Assembly (NCBI RefSeq): GCF_051307035.1
Contig: NZ_CP195536.1
Coordinates: forward strand, 1,500,001-1,532,000
DNA length: 32,000 nt
Direction: 5' to 3'
From: Psychrobacter sp. DM4
GTDB taxonomy: Bacteria > Pseudomonadota > Gammaproteobacteria > Pseudomonadales > Moraxellaceae
In this document: positions 11,765-20,775 of the stretch, in pieces
Numbering within the stretch: position 1 is the first letter of the stretch
How the letters are laid out: each line of letters opens with the position of its first letter
Made by a program: the position numbers and the translations under genes
The notes under the pieces: generated by a model
What the model was told of the DNA's origin: nothing
Databases searched by the model: none
The model's input: the letters and a program-made list of their open reading frames with translations, nothing else

Positions 11765-11796
11765 AAAAAGCCCATACTCGTTATGGGTTTTTTTTG
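11765..11796 (+). terminator. Rho-independent terminator after the MliC-like gene
   Basis: aaaaaGCCCATActcgtTATGGGTttttttt, 45 nt after the stop. Confidence 0.8.
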
Positions 11797-12049
11797 TGTA
11801 AAACCTGACTTTATAGCGAACTATATTTATGATTACAGTGCTTTACGCCCTACAAATTCAATGACAGCGCTCATTCCACATCCACCTATCCTTGATGCCT
11901 CATCATTAAATCACCTAAATATGTAAAATTGAGTATTAGTAGAAAGTTCACTTGTATATTCAATTAATTGCATATATTATATTCAATAATTAGCAAACAT
12001 TACAATTAGCTTGTTCGAACAGTACATGAGTGATAATAAGGAGCTTACA

Positions 12050-12379
12050 GTGATTCATTTAAGCTATATCTTTAAATGCTTGGCGCTAAGTATTACTTTT
12101 TTTGCAGTGTTTTATTTTGCGGTTTTGCTCGTTGAGCCAAGCTTTGATAAGTACACACTCACTCTAGGTATCAGTACTTTACTGTTCCCTATCGTCAAAT
12201 GCGCTATTGATGTCGTCAGAGACGCTGTAGCGCCAAATTACATCATGTTCAACGGACCGCTACCATCACTACTTATCAATATTACTATCTGGCTACTTAC
12301 CCCATTTCTTATCGTAATATCACTCGTCGCTTTCTTGTTCTATAGCATGGGAGTACTCAAGCAAAACATCAGTAGCTGA
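12050..12379 (+). CDS. Orphan small integral membrane protein (about 109 aa, ~3 TM)
   Basis: ORF 12011..12379. I prefer the in-frame GTG at 12050 because AAGGAG (12038-12043) sits 6 nt upstream. Hydrophobic segments: IFKCLALSITFFAVFYFAVLLV, LGISTLLFPIV, LLINITIWLLTPFLIVISLVAFLFYSMGVL. No family recognised. Confidence 0.55.
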   Translation: MIHLSYIFKCLALSITFFAVFYFAVLLVEPSFDKYTLTLGISTLLFPIVKCAIDVVRDAVAPNYIMFNGPLPSLLINITIWLLTPFLIVISLVAFLFYSMGVLKQNISS

Positions 12380-12474
12380 ATGGTTTGAGCTTAAATTATG
12401 AGAATCTAAGGCAGTTTTATAATTGAATCTCTATCAGACAGACCAATCTTTGCAATTAAAGTAGAACATTGAAA

Positions 12475-12514
12475 TAAAAACAACCCCAGAATTTTGATCA
12501 TGGGGTTGTTTTCG
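12475..12514. terminator. Bidirectional rho-independent terminator shared by the orphan 3-TM gene (+) and hrpA (-)
   Basis: aaaaAACAACCCCAgaattttgatcaTGGGGTTGTTttc: a 10-bp stem with an A-run on one side and a T-run on the other, lying between convergent genes. Confidence 0.8.
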
Positions 12515-12614
12515 ATTGAAGTTTAATTAGTGTCAGGGATGCACTCATAGCAAATACAGCTGGTAAAATTGATGAATTAAGCAGCCCTATTAAAATTAAA
12601 GTACGTACAATTCT

Positions 12615-15600
12615 CTAACGCATCTCATCCCAAATCTTTTTGAGTCTTTTCGGGGATACAGCTATACGCGTTTTCATCGGTTGCGCGAACAGTTGAATGC
12701 GGTACTCCTCAACCATCCAGCGATACTCACTGATAGACGTGTCACTAGCACGGTTGCTCAGGCGCTCCATGTGTATATCAAGGGCATAAACACCATCAAG
12801 GTCAGCCTCTATATTATGCTCAAGGCGTTCAATGCGCACCTCTAATGCTTCGAGATAACGCGGATATTGCTGCCAATGACTATAGTCCATACGGTAGATA
12901 AAGTCCGATAAATGCAAGTCCTCAAGCTGATCCTCGATATCATCAATAGATTCACCAAATATCTCACGGTCGAGCATCAGCAGACTTTGACGGATACGTT
13001 GCCAGCGCGTATAGACGTTTTTGAGGGTTTTGATGACGCCTTGACCCGTCAATAAGAAATTGCTTTGTACCACCTCGAGCGTTTGGCTATACTCATCGGC
13101 GCTAAAGGGTAGCTCTTCGCTCAAACCGATAGCGATACTATCTGCACTCTCAGGCAAGTCGCTACTGTGATCGAATAGGACGTAATGCTCCTCTAGGGTC
13201 GCATCTAAAGTGGCGTCAATGACAATAGTTTTGAGCTTGTCCATATCACCGAGTGGTGCAAAAGCGAGTTTAAATATTTTATCAATTTGACTGGTGAGCT
13301 GTTTTTGTTTTGCGCCAAGTTTGGATTTGATGAGCGCCAGCACACCAATACGATGCGCCTGCAATGCTGCGTTCACATCAGTGTATTGGTGAATGGATAC
13401 TGCCGTCCCAGACTGATCGGCGACTAAGGCTGCGAACTGTTTCATTACTACGCCTGCGCTATGCCGATTCTTGCTAAAATTATAGTGTTCAGGGAACTCG
13501 GTATGCACGCCTTGCTGCTCGGTTATCGCTTGACTGGTTTCGCTAGCATGACGAATCTGTAGCGTTTGAAGATCGCGACCTTTTTCGATGATACGATTCT
13601 TGTCATCGACGACGCAGATTTGCGGTTGCAAGTAGCGATCAATACTTGAGGGATCAAATTTGTCAGGCGTGACCGACATAATGCCGCGACGGTTTAGCGC
13701 TTGGCAAAGCTGCTTAAGCAATCCTTGTCCGCCTTCAGGTTGCAACTCATCGAATAGGCTATCAGCAGTATCAGGAATGGGTACGATTTGGCGGCGAATA
13801 TCTTTTGGCAAGGATTTGAGTAATTGTAGTACCAACTCATAGCGCCAACCCGGCACGCCCCATAATAGCTCGATGGCGTCCAGCTGCGGCAATGCGGCAA
13901 GGGGCACGCGAATGGTCACACCATCATCATCGCTCGCTGGGTCAAAGATATAGCGTAGTGGCAATTTTAGATCCCCCAATTGCCATACTTCTGGGAAGTC
14001 GCCTGTGGTTGGGGCTTGGCTGTTAAGTACGTCATCGTCAGTGAAGAACAGATGTTTAGTATCGCTTTTTTCGACCTCAGCGCGCCAATCTTCAAAGGCT
14101 TTGCGGCTAGCGACGTGCTCAGGAATTTTACGATCATAAAACTGATACAGTGATTCCTCATCGACGAGCAGATCACGGCGACGCAGCTTATCCTCAATAC
14201 GCTCAACATGGGCGATCTTGTCCATATTATGCTGTAAGAACGGTGCTTGGCGACCTAAGTTACCTGTCACTAGACCATTACGAATAAATATCTCACGCGA
14301 CTCAACTAGATTGACTTGCTCATAGTTGGTTAGCTGTTTAGGAATGATAATCAGACCAAATAGACTGATCTGTGCATAAGCTTTAACGCGTCCCGTTTTC
14401 TTTGACCAATGTGGCTCGAAGTAGTGATACTTAAGCAAGTTGCCAGCAGCGGAGATGATCCACTCAGGCTCAATCTTGGCGACCGTACGCATAAAGACTT
14501 GGGAGGTCTCAACGACTTCAAAGGCCATAACCCAAGGCGGTATTTGCTTAAATACGGTACTAGCAGGGAAAATTTTGGCTTTTTGTTGACGAGCCGCTAG
14601 ATACTCTCCGCGGTTTTCAGTCTTATGGGCGATAGTAGAGAGCAGACCTGTCATCAAAGCGCGATGCAAATTAGCATACTTTACCGCTTTTATTTCTTCA
14701 TCATCTACGCTCGTAGGATCACTATCAACTGCGTCTTTATTGCCGTTTTTACCGTTAGCTTTAGTATCGCTTGCGTCCGTCAGCTTAAGATCGGTAACCA
14801 TTTGTACCAATTGACGATGGGTTTGATTCCATTCGCGTACGCGTGGAAAGCTTAAATAGTTCTTTTTGGTAAATTGTTTACGCTGATTACCGGAGAGCTT
14901 ATTACCATCTTCGTCTTTTTCGAACAGAGCCTTCCATAGACTTAAATAAAACAGGAAGTCCGAGTCATCTTGACGAAATTCAGCATGTTTTTGATCCGCT
15001 TGCTGGCGCTTGTTCGCTGGACGTTCACGCGGATCTTGTACCGCAAGAGCAGCCACAACAATAAGCATCTCACGAATACAATCGTAATCGCTACCAGCAA
15101 CCAGCATCCGTGCCAGCCTTGGATCTATAGGCATACGCGCCATCTTTTGCCCTGTAGGCGTCAGTCGCAAATGATCAAGACCTTGCTTGCGTTTATGGTT
15201 GCTCTTGGGCGTTGGCGCTTGATTATCCATGGAGGCTATAGCGCCAAGTTCATGAAGCAATTTATGTCCGTCAGTGACTAGGCGACTATCAGGCGGCTCA
15301 ATGAATTCAAAATCATCAACGCTACCTAAACGCAGGTTGGCCATTTGTAAAATAACAGAGGCCAAGTTGGTACGCAGTATCTCAGGCTCGGTAAATTCTG
15401 GACGACCGTTAAAATCCTCCTCGCTATACAGACGGATACACACGCCAGGTGCGACGCGTCCACAACGACCTTTGCGCTGATTGGCTGCCGCTTGTGAGAT
15501 CGCCTCAATGGGCAAACGTTGGACGCGCGAGCGATAAGAGTAACGGGAAATCCGTGCAAATCCTAAGTCAATGACATAGCGAATACCAGGTACGGTCAAT

Positions 15601-16856
15601 GCGGTCTCAGCCACGTTGGTGGCGATAACGATGCGGCGACCACGGCCAGAAGGCTGGAAAATCCGCTGCTGCTCTTCATAAGTTTGACGAGCAAATAGCG
15701 GCAATATTTCGGTGTGCTTAGGCCCATGACGCTCCAGCACGTCTTGCGTCTCACGAATCTCAGCTTCAGTTGCGGCAAAAATCAGGATGTCAGCTTGATC
15801 GGCATGACCTTTGCTCTGTGCGTCACTAAAGCACTCTTCGACCGCAGCAACGACGGCGCGTGGCAAATTCTCTTCAAAATCATCGTAGCTGTCATCATCT
15901 GAGCTAGTCACTGGTTCATCCGTTAGCGGACGATAGCGCACCTCAACTGGGAAGCTACGCCCTTCGACATTAAAGATGGGCGCTGCAACTTTGCGTTTTA
16001 ACTTATTGTCATAATGACTAAAATATTCACTAAAGCGCTGAGTATCAAGGGTTGCTGACGTGATAATCACCTTTAGATCGGGGCGCTTGGGTAATAGCTT
16101 CTTGAGATAACCCATAATAAAGTCAATATTGAGGCTACGCTCATGGGCTTCATCGATAATAATGGTATCGTATTTACTCAAAAATCTATCGTGACCAAGT
16201 TCTGCGAGCAAAATACCATCGGTCATAAGCTTGACGACAGACTGCGCGGTGCCCTGCTCATTAAAGCGAATCTTAAAGCTGACGGTATCGCCAAGCTGTT
16301 CACCGAGCTCCTCAGCGATACGATTTGAGACACTTCGCGCCGCAAGACGGCGCGGCTGGGTATGTCCTATTTGACCTGTGATACCGCGGCCTGCCAGCAT
16401 CGCAAGCTTTGGTAGTTGAGTCGTCTTACCAGAACCAGTTTCCCCTGCAACGATGATGACTTGATTGTCTATGATTGCCTGAACTAAGTCTGCCCCGCGC
16501 TGGCTAACGGGCAAATCAGGATTGAGTTTGGCGGGCAAATCATCAGGAATACTCTCCATACGCGCTTGTACCGCTTGCTGTGAGCGGGTTTTTATCTTGT
16601 CGTATTGAACGCGTTTCTTAGCTAATTCTTGTTCCGCTTTGTCGCGTTTAGAATTGTCAGTGTCGTTATCAGCATCAGCGTGTTTATTGCTAGTGACAGC
16701 GGCACGCGTCAGCTCACGCTCAAGACGGCTCAGATAATAGCTGTCCTTGGCAAGTACGGGCAATTCATCAAACTTCTCTGTGTTATCCAAAACTTTTGAA
16801 TTATCAAAGCTATTAATTTTTGTTGTATCTTCATTATTCTTTACAGTATTATGCAT
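12615..16856 (-). CDS. hrpA: ATP-dependent RNA helicase HrpA (DEAH-box)
   Basis: 1413 aa. Motifs GETGSGKTTQLPK, IIDEAHERS (DEAH), TSATL, TNVAETALTVPGIRYVID and QRKGRCGR, plus the long HrpA-specific C-terminal region. Confidence 0.95.
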   Translation of the reverse strand: MHNTVKNNEDTTKINSFDNSKVLDNTEKFDELPVLAKDSYYLSRLERELTRAAVTSNKHADADNDTDNSKRDKAEQELAKKRVQYDKIKTRSQQAVQARMESIPDDLPAKLNPDLPVSQRGADLVQAIIDNQVIIVAGETGSGKTTQLPKLAMLAGRGITGQIGHTQPRRLAARSVSNRIAEELGEQLGDTVSFKIRFNEQGTAQSVVKLMTDGILLAELGHDRFLSKYDTIIIDEAHERSLNIDFIMGYLKKLLPKRPDLKVIITSATLDTQRFSEYFSHYDNKLKRKVAAPIFNVEGRSFPVEVRYRPLTDEPVTSSDDDSYDDFEENLPRAVVAAVEECFSDAQSKGHADQADILIFAATEAEIRETQDVLERHGPKHTEILPLFARQTYEEQQRIFQPSGRGRRIVIATNVAETALTVPGIRYVIDLGFARISRYSYRSRVQRLPIEAISQAAANQRKGRCGRVAPGVCIRLYSEEDFNGRPEFTEPEILRTNLASVILQMANLRLGSVDDFEFIEPPDSRLVTDGHKLLHELGAIASMDNQAPTPKSNHKRKQGLDHLRLTPTGQKMARMPIDPRLARMLVAGSDYDCIREMLIVVAALAVQDPRERPANKRQQADQKHAEFRQDDSDFLFYLSLWKALFEKDEDGNKLSGNQRKQFTKKNYLSFPRVREWNQTHRQLVQMVTDLKLTDASDTKANGKNGNKDAVDSDPTSVDDEEIKAVKYANLHRALMTGLLSTIAHKTENRGEYLAARQQKAKIFPASTVFKQIPPWVMAFEVVETSQVFMRTVAKIEPEWIISAAGNLLKYHYFEPHWSKKTGRVKAYAQISLFGLIIIPKQLTNYEQVNLVESREIFIRNGLVTGNLGRQAPFLQHNMDKIAHVERIEDKLRRRDLLVDEESLYQFYDRKIPEHVASRKAFEDWRAEVEKSDTKHLFFTDDDVLNSQAPTTGDFPEVWQLGDLKLPLRYIFDPASDDDGVTIRVPLAALPQLDAIELLWGVPGWRYELVLQLLKSLPKDIRRQIVPIPDTADSLFDELQPEGGQGLLKQLCQALNRRGIMSVTPDKFDPSSIDRYLQPQICVVDDKNRIIEKGRDLQTLQIRHASETSQAITEQQGVHTEFPEHYNFSKNRHSAGVVMKQFAALVADQSGTAVSIHQYTDVNAALQAHRIGVLALIKSKLGAKQKQLTSQIDKIFKLAFAPLGDMDKLKTIVIDATLDATLEEHYVLFDHSSDLPESADSIAIGLSEELPFSADEYSQTLEVVQSNFLLTGQGVIKTLKNVYTRWQRIRQSLLMLDREIFGESIDDIEDQLEDLHLSDFIYRMDYSHWQQYPRYLEALEVRIERLEHNIEADLDGVYALDIHMERLSNRASDTSISEYRWMVEEYRIQLFAQPMKTRIAVSPKRLKKIWDEMR

Positions 16857-17072
16857 ATTTGCTTAGGCTATTTTTTATTTAGAAGTGCTTAGATTATGGG
16901 GATATTTAAAGCGTGATTCAAGACAGGTTTGTATGGATTGCACTCGTATTCCTGATGACCATGAGCCAAATATTAGAAGTTATATTGTGGATTTAATTCT
17001 ATTTTTTGAAGAACGCTTTAAAATGACGTTCAACTCTTCACTCTCACACTATTTTATATCAAGGATATCCCT

Positions 17073-17675
17073 ATGCCAATTTTGTCCTATAAATCAATGA
17101 TAATTTTACCCACGTTAGCGATTACGCTGACCGGCTGTTTAAGTACAAAACCTTATTCACCTCCCAAGAACTCCGCTACAGCAACGCTAACATATGAGAT
17201 TGCTCCCGCATCGTTTTATGGCCCTACCCGATTTATCGATAGAGAATATATAGAAAGAATCGATATACAGCTAGTACCAAGCCCTTTATCCGTCGCGCTG
17301 GCCGTTAATGGTCATCCGAAGACTGTCTACATGGATTTGGGTAAGCGCGGAAGCTTCAACGAAATAAATATCTTTGAGGCTAACAAAAAACTAAGGTTTT
17401 CTTACCAACACAAAATGGTCAAGGGTTTGGGTGATTGGCCAATATTATGCGTAGTTGCTGTCGACGCTACTTTGGAACCAAATGGAGATTACCTATTAAA
17501 AGGGAATACGACGACTAAAAACTTTAGAAGTAAGACGAACTTTATGGGTGAAAAAGTAGAAGCTGAGGATACGGGCTGTCAGATTCAAATTATTGATCGT
17601 CAATCCAAAAAGGTATTGTCAGAGGCGAATAAAGAAATATTTGAAAAAATGATCCCATTCTATGACCGGTTTTAG
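17073..17675 (+). CDS. Orphan lipoprotein, unknown function
   Basis: Signal peptide with lipobox AITLTGC|LS. AAGGA lies 7 nt upstream of the ATG. No family recognised. Confidence 0.65.
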   Translation: MPILSYKSMIILPTLAITLTGCLSTKPYSPPKNSATATLTYEIAPASFYGPTRFIDREYIERIDIQLVPSPLSVALAVNGHPKTVYMDLGKRGSFNEINIFEANKKLRFSYQHKMVKGLGDWPILCVVAVDATLEPNGDYLLKGNTTTKNFRSKTNFMGEKVEAEDTGCQIQIIDRQSKKVLSEANKEIFEKMIPFYDRF

Positions 17676-17764
17676 ACTCTCTGTAGCTTAGAAAGTGCTG
17701 AAAATCGCAAACAGGTTTGACAGAAGCCTGCCTTAAAGTAATAAAATCGACTTAGACAATGAAC

Positions 17765-18082
17765 TTAATTGCTACTTGTACGAATAACTTTTCCATTAGT
17801 AGCTGCCTGCATAAAAAAGGTACGCAAATTTTGTAGTGGTATTCTAGGGAAAGGGAGATGCATTGATAGTATCAAGGTCTCAAATGCGACTATCTCATCA
17901 GCCAATACTTGAGCAATATCCGGCTCAATCTGTGGATTCTCATACAAATTATTAATGAGCCAATTTAATTGTGGAAAATTGGTATTGCCCTGAACTTGAT
18001 AAAGAGTGGGTACGAGTGCGTCGGAGATATGACCGCGCTTTTTGCGAATCATACCTATTTTATAAAACATTTCTAAAGCCAT
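17765..18082 (-). CDS. Hypothetical cytoplasmic protein, 105 aa
   Basis: Clean ORF with AAGGAAG about 10 nt upstream of the ATG. No signal peptide, TM segment or motif that I recognise. Confidence 0.5.
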   Translation of the reverse strand: MALEMFYKIGMIRKKRGHISDALVPTLYQVQGNTNFPQLNWLINNLYENPQIEPDIAQVLADEIVAFETLILSMHLPFPRIPLQNLRTFFMQAATNGKVIRTSSN

Positions 18083-18606
18083 ATTATCGCCACTTCCTTA
18101 TATTTTAAGGTCTAGATAATCAAAACCGTTATTATCTTCTTATCAATACTACCATAGCTATAAGTTAATTATGATGACGGTAGTTGTGCTAAAAGCCTTA
18201 GTATTCAAGTAACCTCTTATCGGTAATAGCTATTGTTTAAGCTCATCAACATTACGATTAGGGGCCCAGTAAACTACTATCAAGGCAATCAATAGAATCA
18301 TTGTTCCTAAAACAATGAAAACGATAGTTTTAGCTAGGTGCTTTGGGATTTTATGACACCCGTTTAGTCATATGATGCTATTTATTATTAATTCTTTTGC
18401 CATGAACTATAATAGAAAGTACGAAGTGAATATTCTATGTATATAGCTAAAGATGTCCTTTATCTTTACACATCGATACCAAACACGTCTAGTTTGCGCC
18501 TGTACATCACAAAATCATTATTACATAATTGGTGAGTTAACTCAGAATGAGTAAATGTCTAAAATATAATTCAAATTAGGCATGTGATAAACCAAAGGAG
18601 TACTGT

Positions 18607-18765
18607 ATGACAGACCGTAATAAGCCTGATCCAACGACCAAAGTCGCCCCTACTGACATCAACCAAGACGATCTGGCCAAAAAAGACCAGCAGCGTACTG
18701 ATGATTCAGCGCTTGATATGATGCAAGGCATGCATGATCATGAAGATCATGAGGAAGAGAAATGA
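18607..18765 (+). CDS. Small acidic, His-rich hypothetical protein (52 aa), below the ORF-track size cutoff
   Basis: Hand translation: MTDRNKPDPTTKVAPTDINQDDLAKKDQQRTDDSALDMMQGMHDHEDHEEEK*. AAAGGAG (18594-18600) lies 6 nt before the ATG, and a strong terminator lies 40 nt after the stop. Confidence 0.55.
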   Translation: MTDRNKPDPTTKVAPTDINQDDLAKKDQQRTDDSALDMMQGMHDHEDHEEEK

Positions 18766-18805
18766 CTGATATTTTTATAAGTGTTGTTTAGCACAAGTAT
18801 CTTCT

Positions 18806-18838
18806 AAGCGTTTATCATTATGATAAGCGCTTTTTTTA
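18806..18838 (+). terminator. Rho-independent terminator after the 52-aa ORF
   Basis: AAGCGTTTATCAttaTGATAAGCGCTTttttt: a 12-bp stem (one G-U pair), a 3-nt loop and a T7 run. Confidence 0.75.
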
Positions 18839-18930
18839 TGTAAGAAGGGACAGCCAATTGCTGTCCTCAAAGAATAATTGGTCATTTAAAGAGGATAAAT
18901 AATAAGATGTTACAGAACAACTAATAATGT

Positions 18931-19740
18931 CTATTTGTCAGCGTCATCAAGCATCATTAATTGCTCACTGATAGCGACCGTATTAAAGCCTGCATCGACG
19001 AACATAATCTCACCTGTGATACCAGATGCCCACGGTGAAAGCAAGAATAACGCGGCGTTACCTACTTCCATCTGACTAATGTTACGCTGTAGTGGCGCGA
19101 TCTTTTCGCTGACGTCGAGCATCTTGCGAAACGATTTGATACCGCTTGCTGCAAGCGTACGTATAGGACCTGCCGATATAGCATTGACGCGGATACCCTC
19201 GCCGCCCATAGACGTTGCCAAATAACGCACACTGGCCTCTAAACTGGCCTTTGCCATACCCATTACATTGTAATTAGGCAATACTGAGATACTACCTTCG
19301 TAAGTTAACGTTAGCATCGAGCCGCGACGCATCGCTAGCAATTCGCGAGCCTCTTTTGCCAACGCGACAAAACTATAGCTTGAGATATCATGAGCAATGT
19401 GACTACCCTCGCGAGTGGTCGCATTGACAAAATCCCCGTCGAGCTGATCCATAGGCGCAAAGCCAATCGCATGAACGACACCATCGATACCATCTCCCCA
19501 ATGCTTGGTCACTTGCTCAAAGCAGGTAGCAATAGAGTCATCGGAGGCGACGTCGCATTCTAGTACCAAGTCCGCTTCGAACTTCTCCGCTGCCATGTCC
19601 ACACGCTTTTTAATCTTATCATTGGGATAAGTCAAAATAAGAGAGGCGCCCTCACGATGCAACGCTTCTGCGATAGACCATGCTATAGAGAGTTTGCTTG
19701 CTATACCTGTGACGACAAAACGTTGTCCTTGAAGTAGCAT
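18931..19740 (-). CDS. fabI: Enoyl-[acyl-carrier-protein] reductase (NADH)
   Basis: 269 aa, collinear with E. coli FabI as I remember it: [19 protein letters not shown], the active-site Tyr/Lys context [15 protein letters not shown], and [22 protein letters not shown] lies 7 nt upstream. Confidence 0.95.
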   Translation of the reverse strand: MLLQGQRFVVTGIASKLSIAWSIAEALHREGASLILTYPNDKIKKRVDMAAEKFEADLVLECDVASDDSIATCFEQVTKHWGDGIDGVVHAIGFAPMDQLDGDFVNATTREGSHIAHDISSYSFVALAKEARELLAMRRGSMLTLTYEGSISVLPNYNVMGMAKASLEASVRYLATSMGGEGIRVNAISAGPIRTLAASGIKSFRKMLDVSEKIAPLQRNISQMEVGNAALFLLSPWASGITGEIMFVDAGFNTVAISEQLMMLDDADK

Positions 19741-20075
19741 AAAATATCCTTAGTAATCGATCAAAGCGTTATGAGAAATTTGAGTTGGCGGATGATAATA
19801 TTCGTAGACTATCTACAATGACCCATTATACATCAAATTAATTAAGTAAACAGTCGTAAACTAAATGTACCCAGTCGTAAAACATTACTTATTTATGTTC
19901 TATAGTACTCATTACAGAGCATTAGTCATGGCGGTATGAAGTTGGCGTGATTTAAAGTATAATCACAGCCCTTTAAAGCGTGCACAATAGCTCACACTAT
20001 AATATTAAATTCTAGATCACCAGCTACAATTTTTGCTGTAATAAGATTTAGCGTTGAGCAATACCTATACTTTGG

Positions 20076-20687
20076 ATGACGGCCAAACTTATGAGTAATA
20101 CCCAAGCGATGATAGTAGATTATAAAGAAAGCACTGAGTCTTATCGCCAATTGATCGACTCAACAGGTGAAGATTTGGCGCGTCCTGGACTTCAAGATAC
20201 GCCTATTCGCGCGGCAAAGGCTTTTGCGCATTTGACTAAGGGCTATCATCAAAACCTCGAAGAAGTCGTTAACGGTGCTGTGTTTCCATCGACCAATCGC
20301 GAGCTGGTACTAGTACAGAATATCGAATTTTATTCACTGTGCGAGCATCATATGTTGCCTTTTCACGGTGTGGCTCACGTAGGTTATCTACCGAATGGCC
20401 AAGTTTTGGGATTATCAAAATTTGCTCGTATTGTCGACATGTTTGCGCGCCGTCTGCAAATTCAAGAAAACCTAAGCGAGCAGATTGCCCAAACGATCAT
20501 GGATGTAACAGGGTGTCGCGGTGTCGCAGTAGTGATGGACGCCTCGCATATGTGCATGATGATGCGCGGGGTTGGCAAGCAGCATTCGACGACGCGTAGT
20601 ACGGCTATGCTTGGCGAGTATAAGCATGACAATCAAGCGCGTAATGAGTTTTTGGACGCGGTTCCAAAACGTAGACCTGCGTTCTAG
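20076..20687 (+). CDS. folE: GTP cyclohydrolase I (FolE type 1)
   Basis: 203 aa with the zinc-site context [14 protein letters not shown] plus [19 protein letters not shown]. The start could instead be ATG 20091. Confidence 0.9.
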   Translation: MTAKLMSNTQAMIVDYKESTESYRQLIDSTGEDLARPGLQDTPIRAAKAFAHLTKGYHQNLEEVVNGAVFPSTNRELVLVQNIEFYSLCEHHMLPFHGVAHVGYLPNGQVLGLSKFARIVDMFARRLQIQENLSEQIAQTIMDVTGCRGVAVVMDASHMCMMMRGVGKQHSTTRSTAMLGEYKHDNQARNEFLDAVPKRRPAF

Positions 20688-20705
20688 ATCTTACATTCAA
20701 AACGC

Positions 20706-20742
20706 AAAAAGCCCACTACCTGCTCAGATAGTGGGCTTTTTT
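20706..20742. terminator. Bidirectional rho-independent terminator between convergent folE and msrAB
   Basis: aaaaaGCCCACTAcctgctcagaTAGTGGGCtttttt. Confidence 0.85.
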
Positions 20743-20775
20743 ACGATTGCTATTCAAACATTCATAGTATGAACA

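Noticed and set aside
12615-16856. About a dozen 60-100-aa ORFs nested in or antisense to hrpA, with similar ones inside lysS, prfA, the KAS III gene, msrAB, the yej genes and serC
   Set aside because: All lie inside long, well-supported genes, have no ribosome-binding sites and give low-complexity or Cys/Arg-rich translations typical of off-frame noise.
16885-17100. Track ORF 16885..17100 (+, 71 aa) in the hrpA/lipoprotein intergenic region
   Set aside because: It has a non-ATG start without a Shine-Dalgarno sequence, overlaps the better-supported lipoprotein start at 17073, and gives a translation with no features.
18846-18866. GC-rich hairpin GGACAGCcaattGCTGTCC between the small-protein terminator and the fabI stop
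   Set aside because: No T-run follows on either strand, so it cannot be called an intrinsic terminator. It may stabilise the fabI 3' end, but that is unsupported.
20339-20772. Plus-strand ORFs 20339..20599 and 20572..20772, overlapping folE in other frames and running through the terminator
   Set aside because: They are off-frame within folE, Arg/Cys-rich, and the second spans the intrinsic terminator hairpin.
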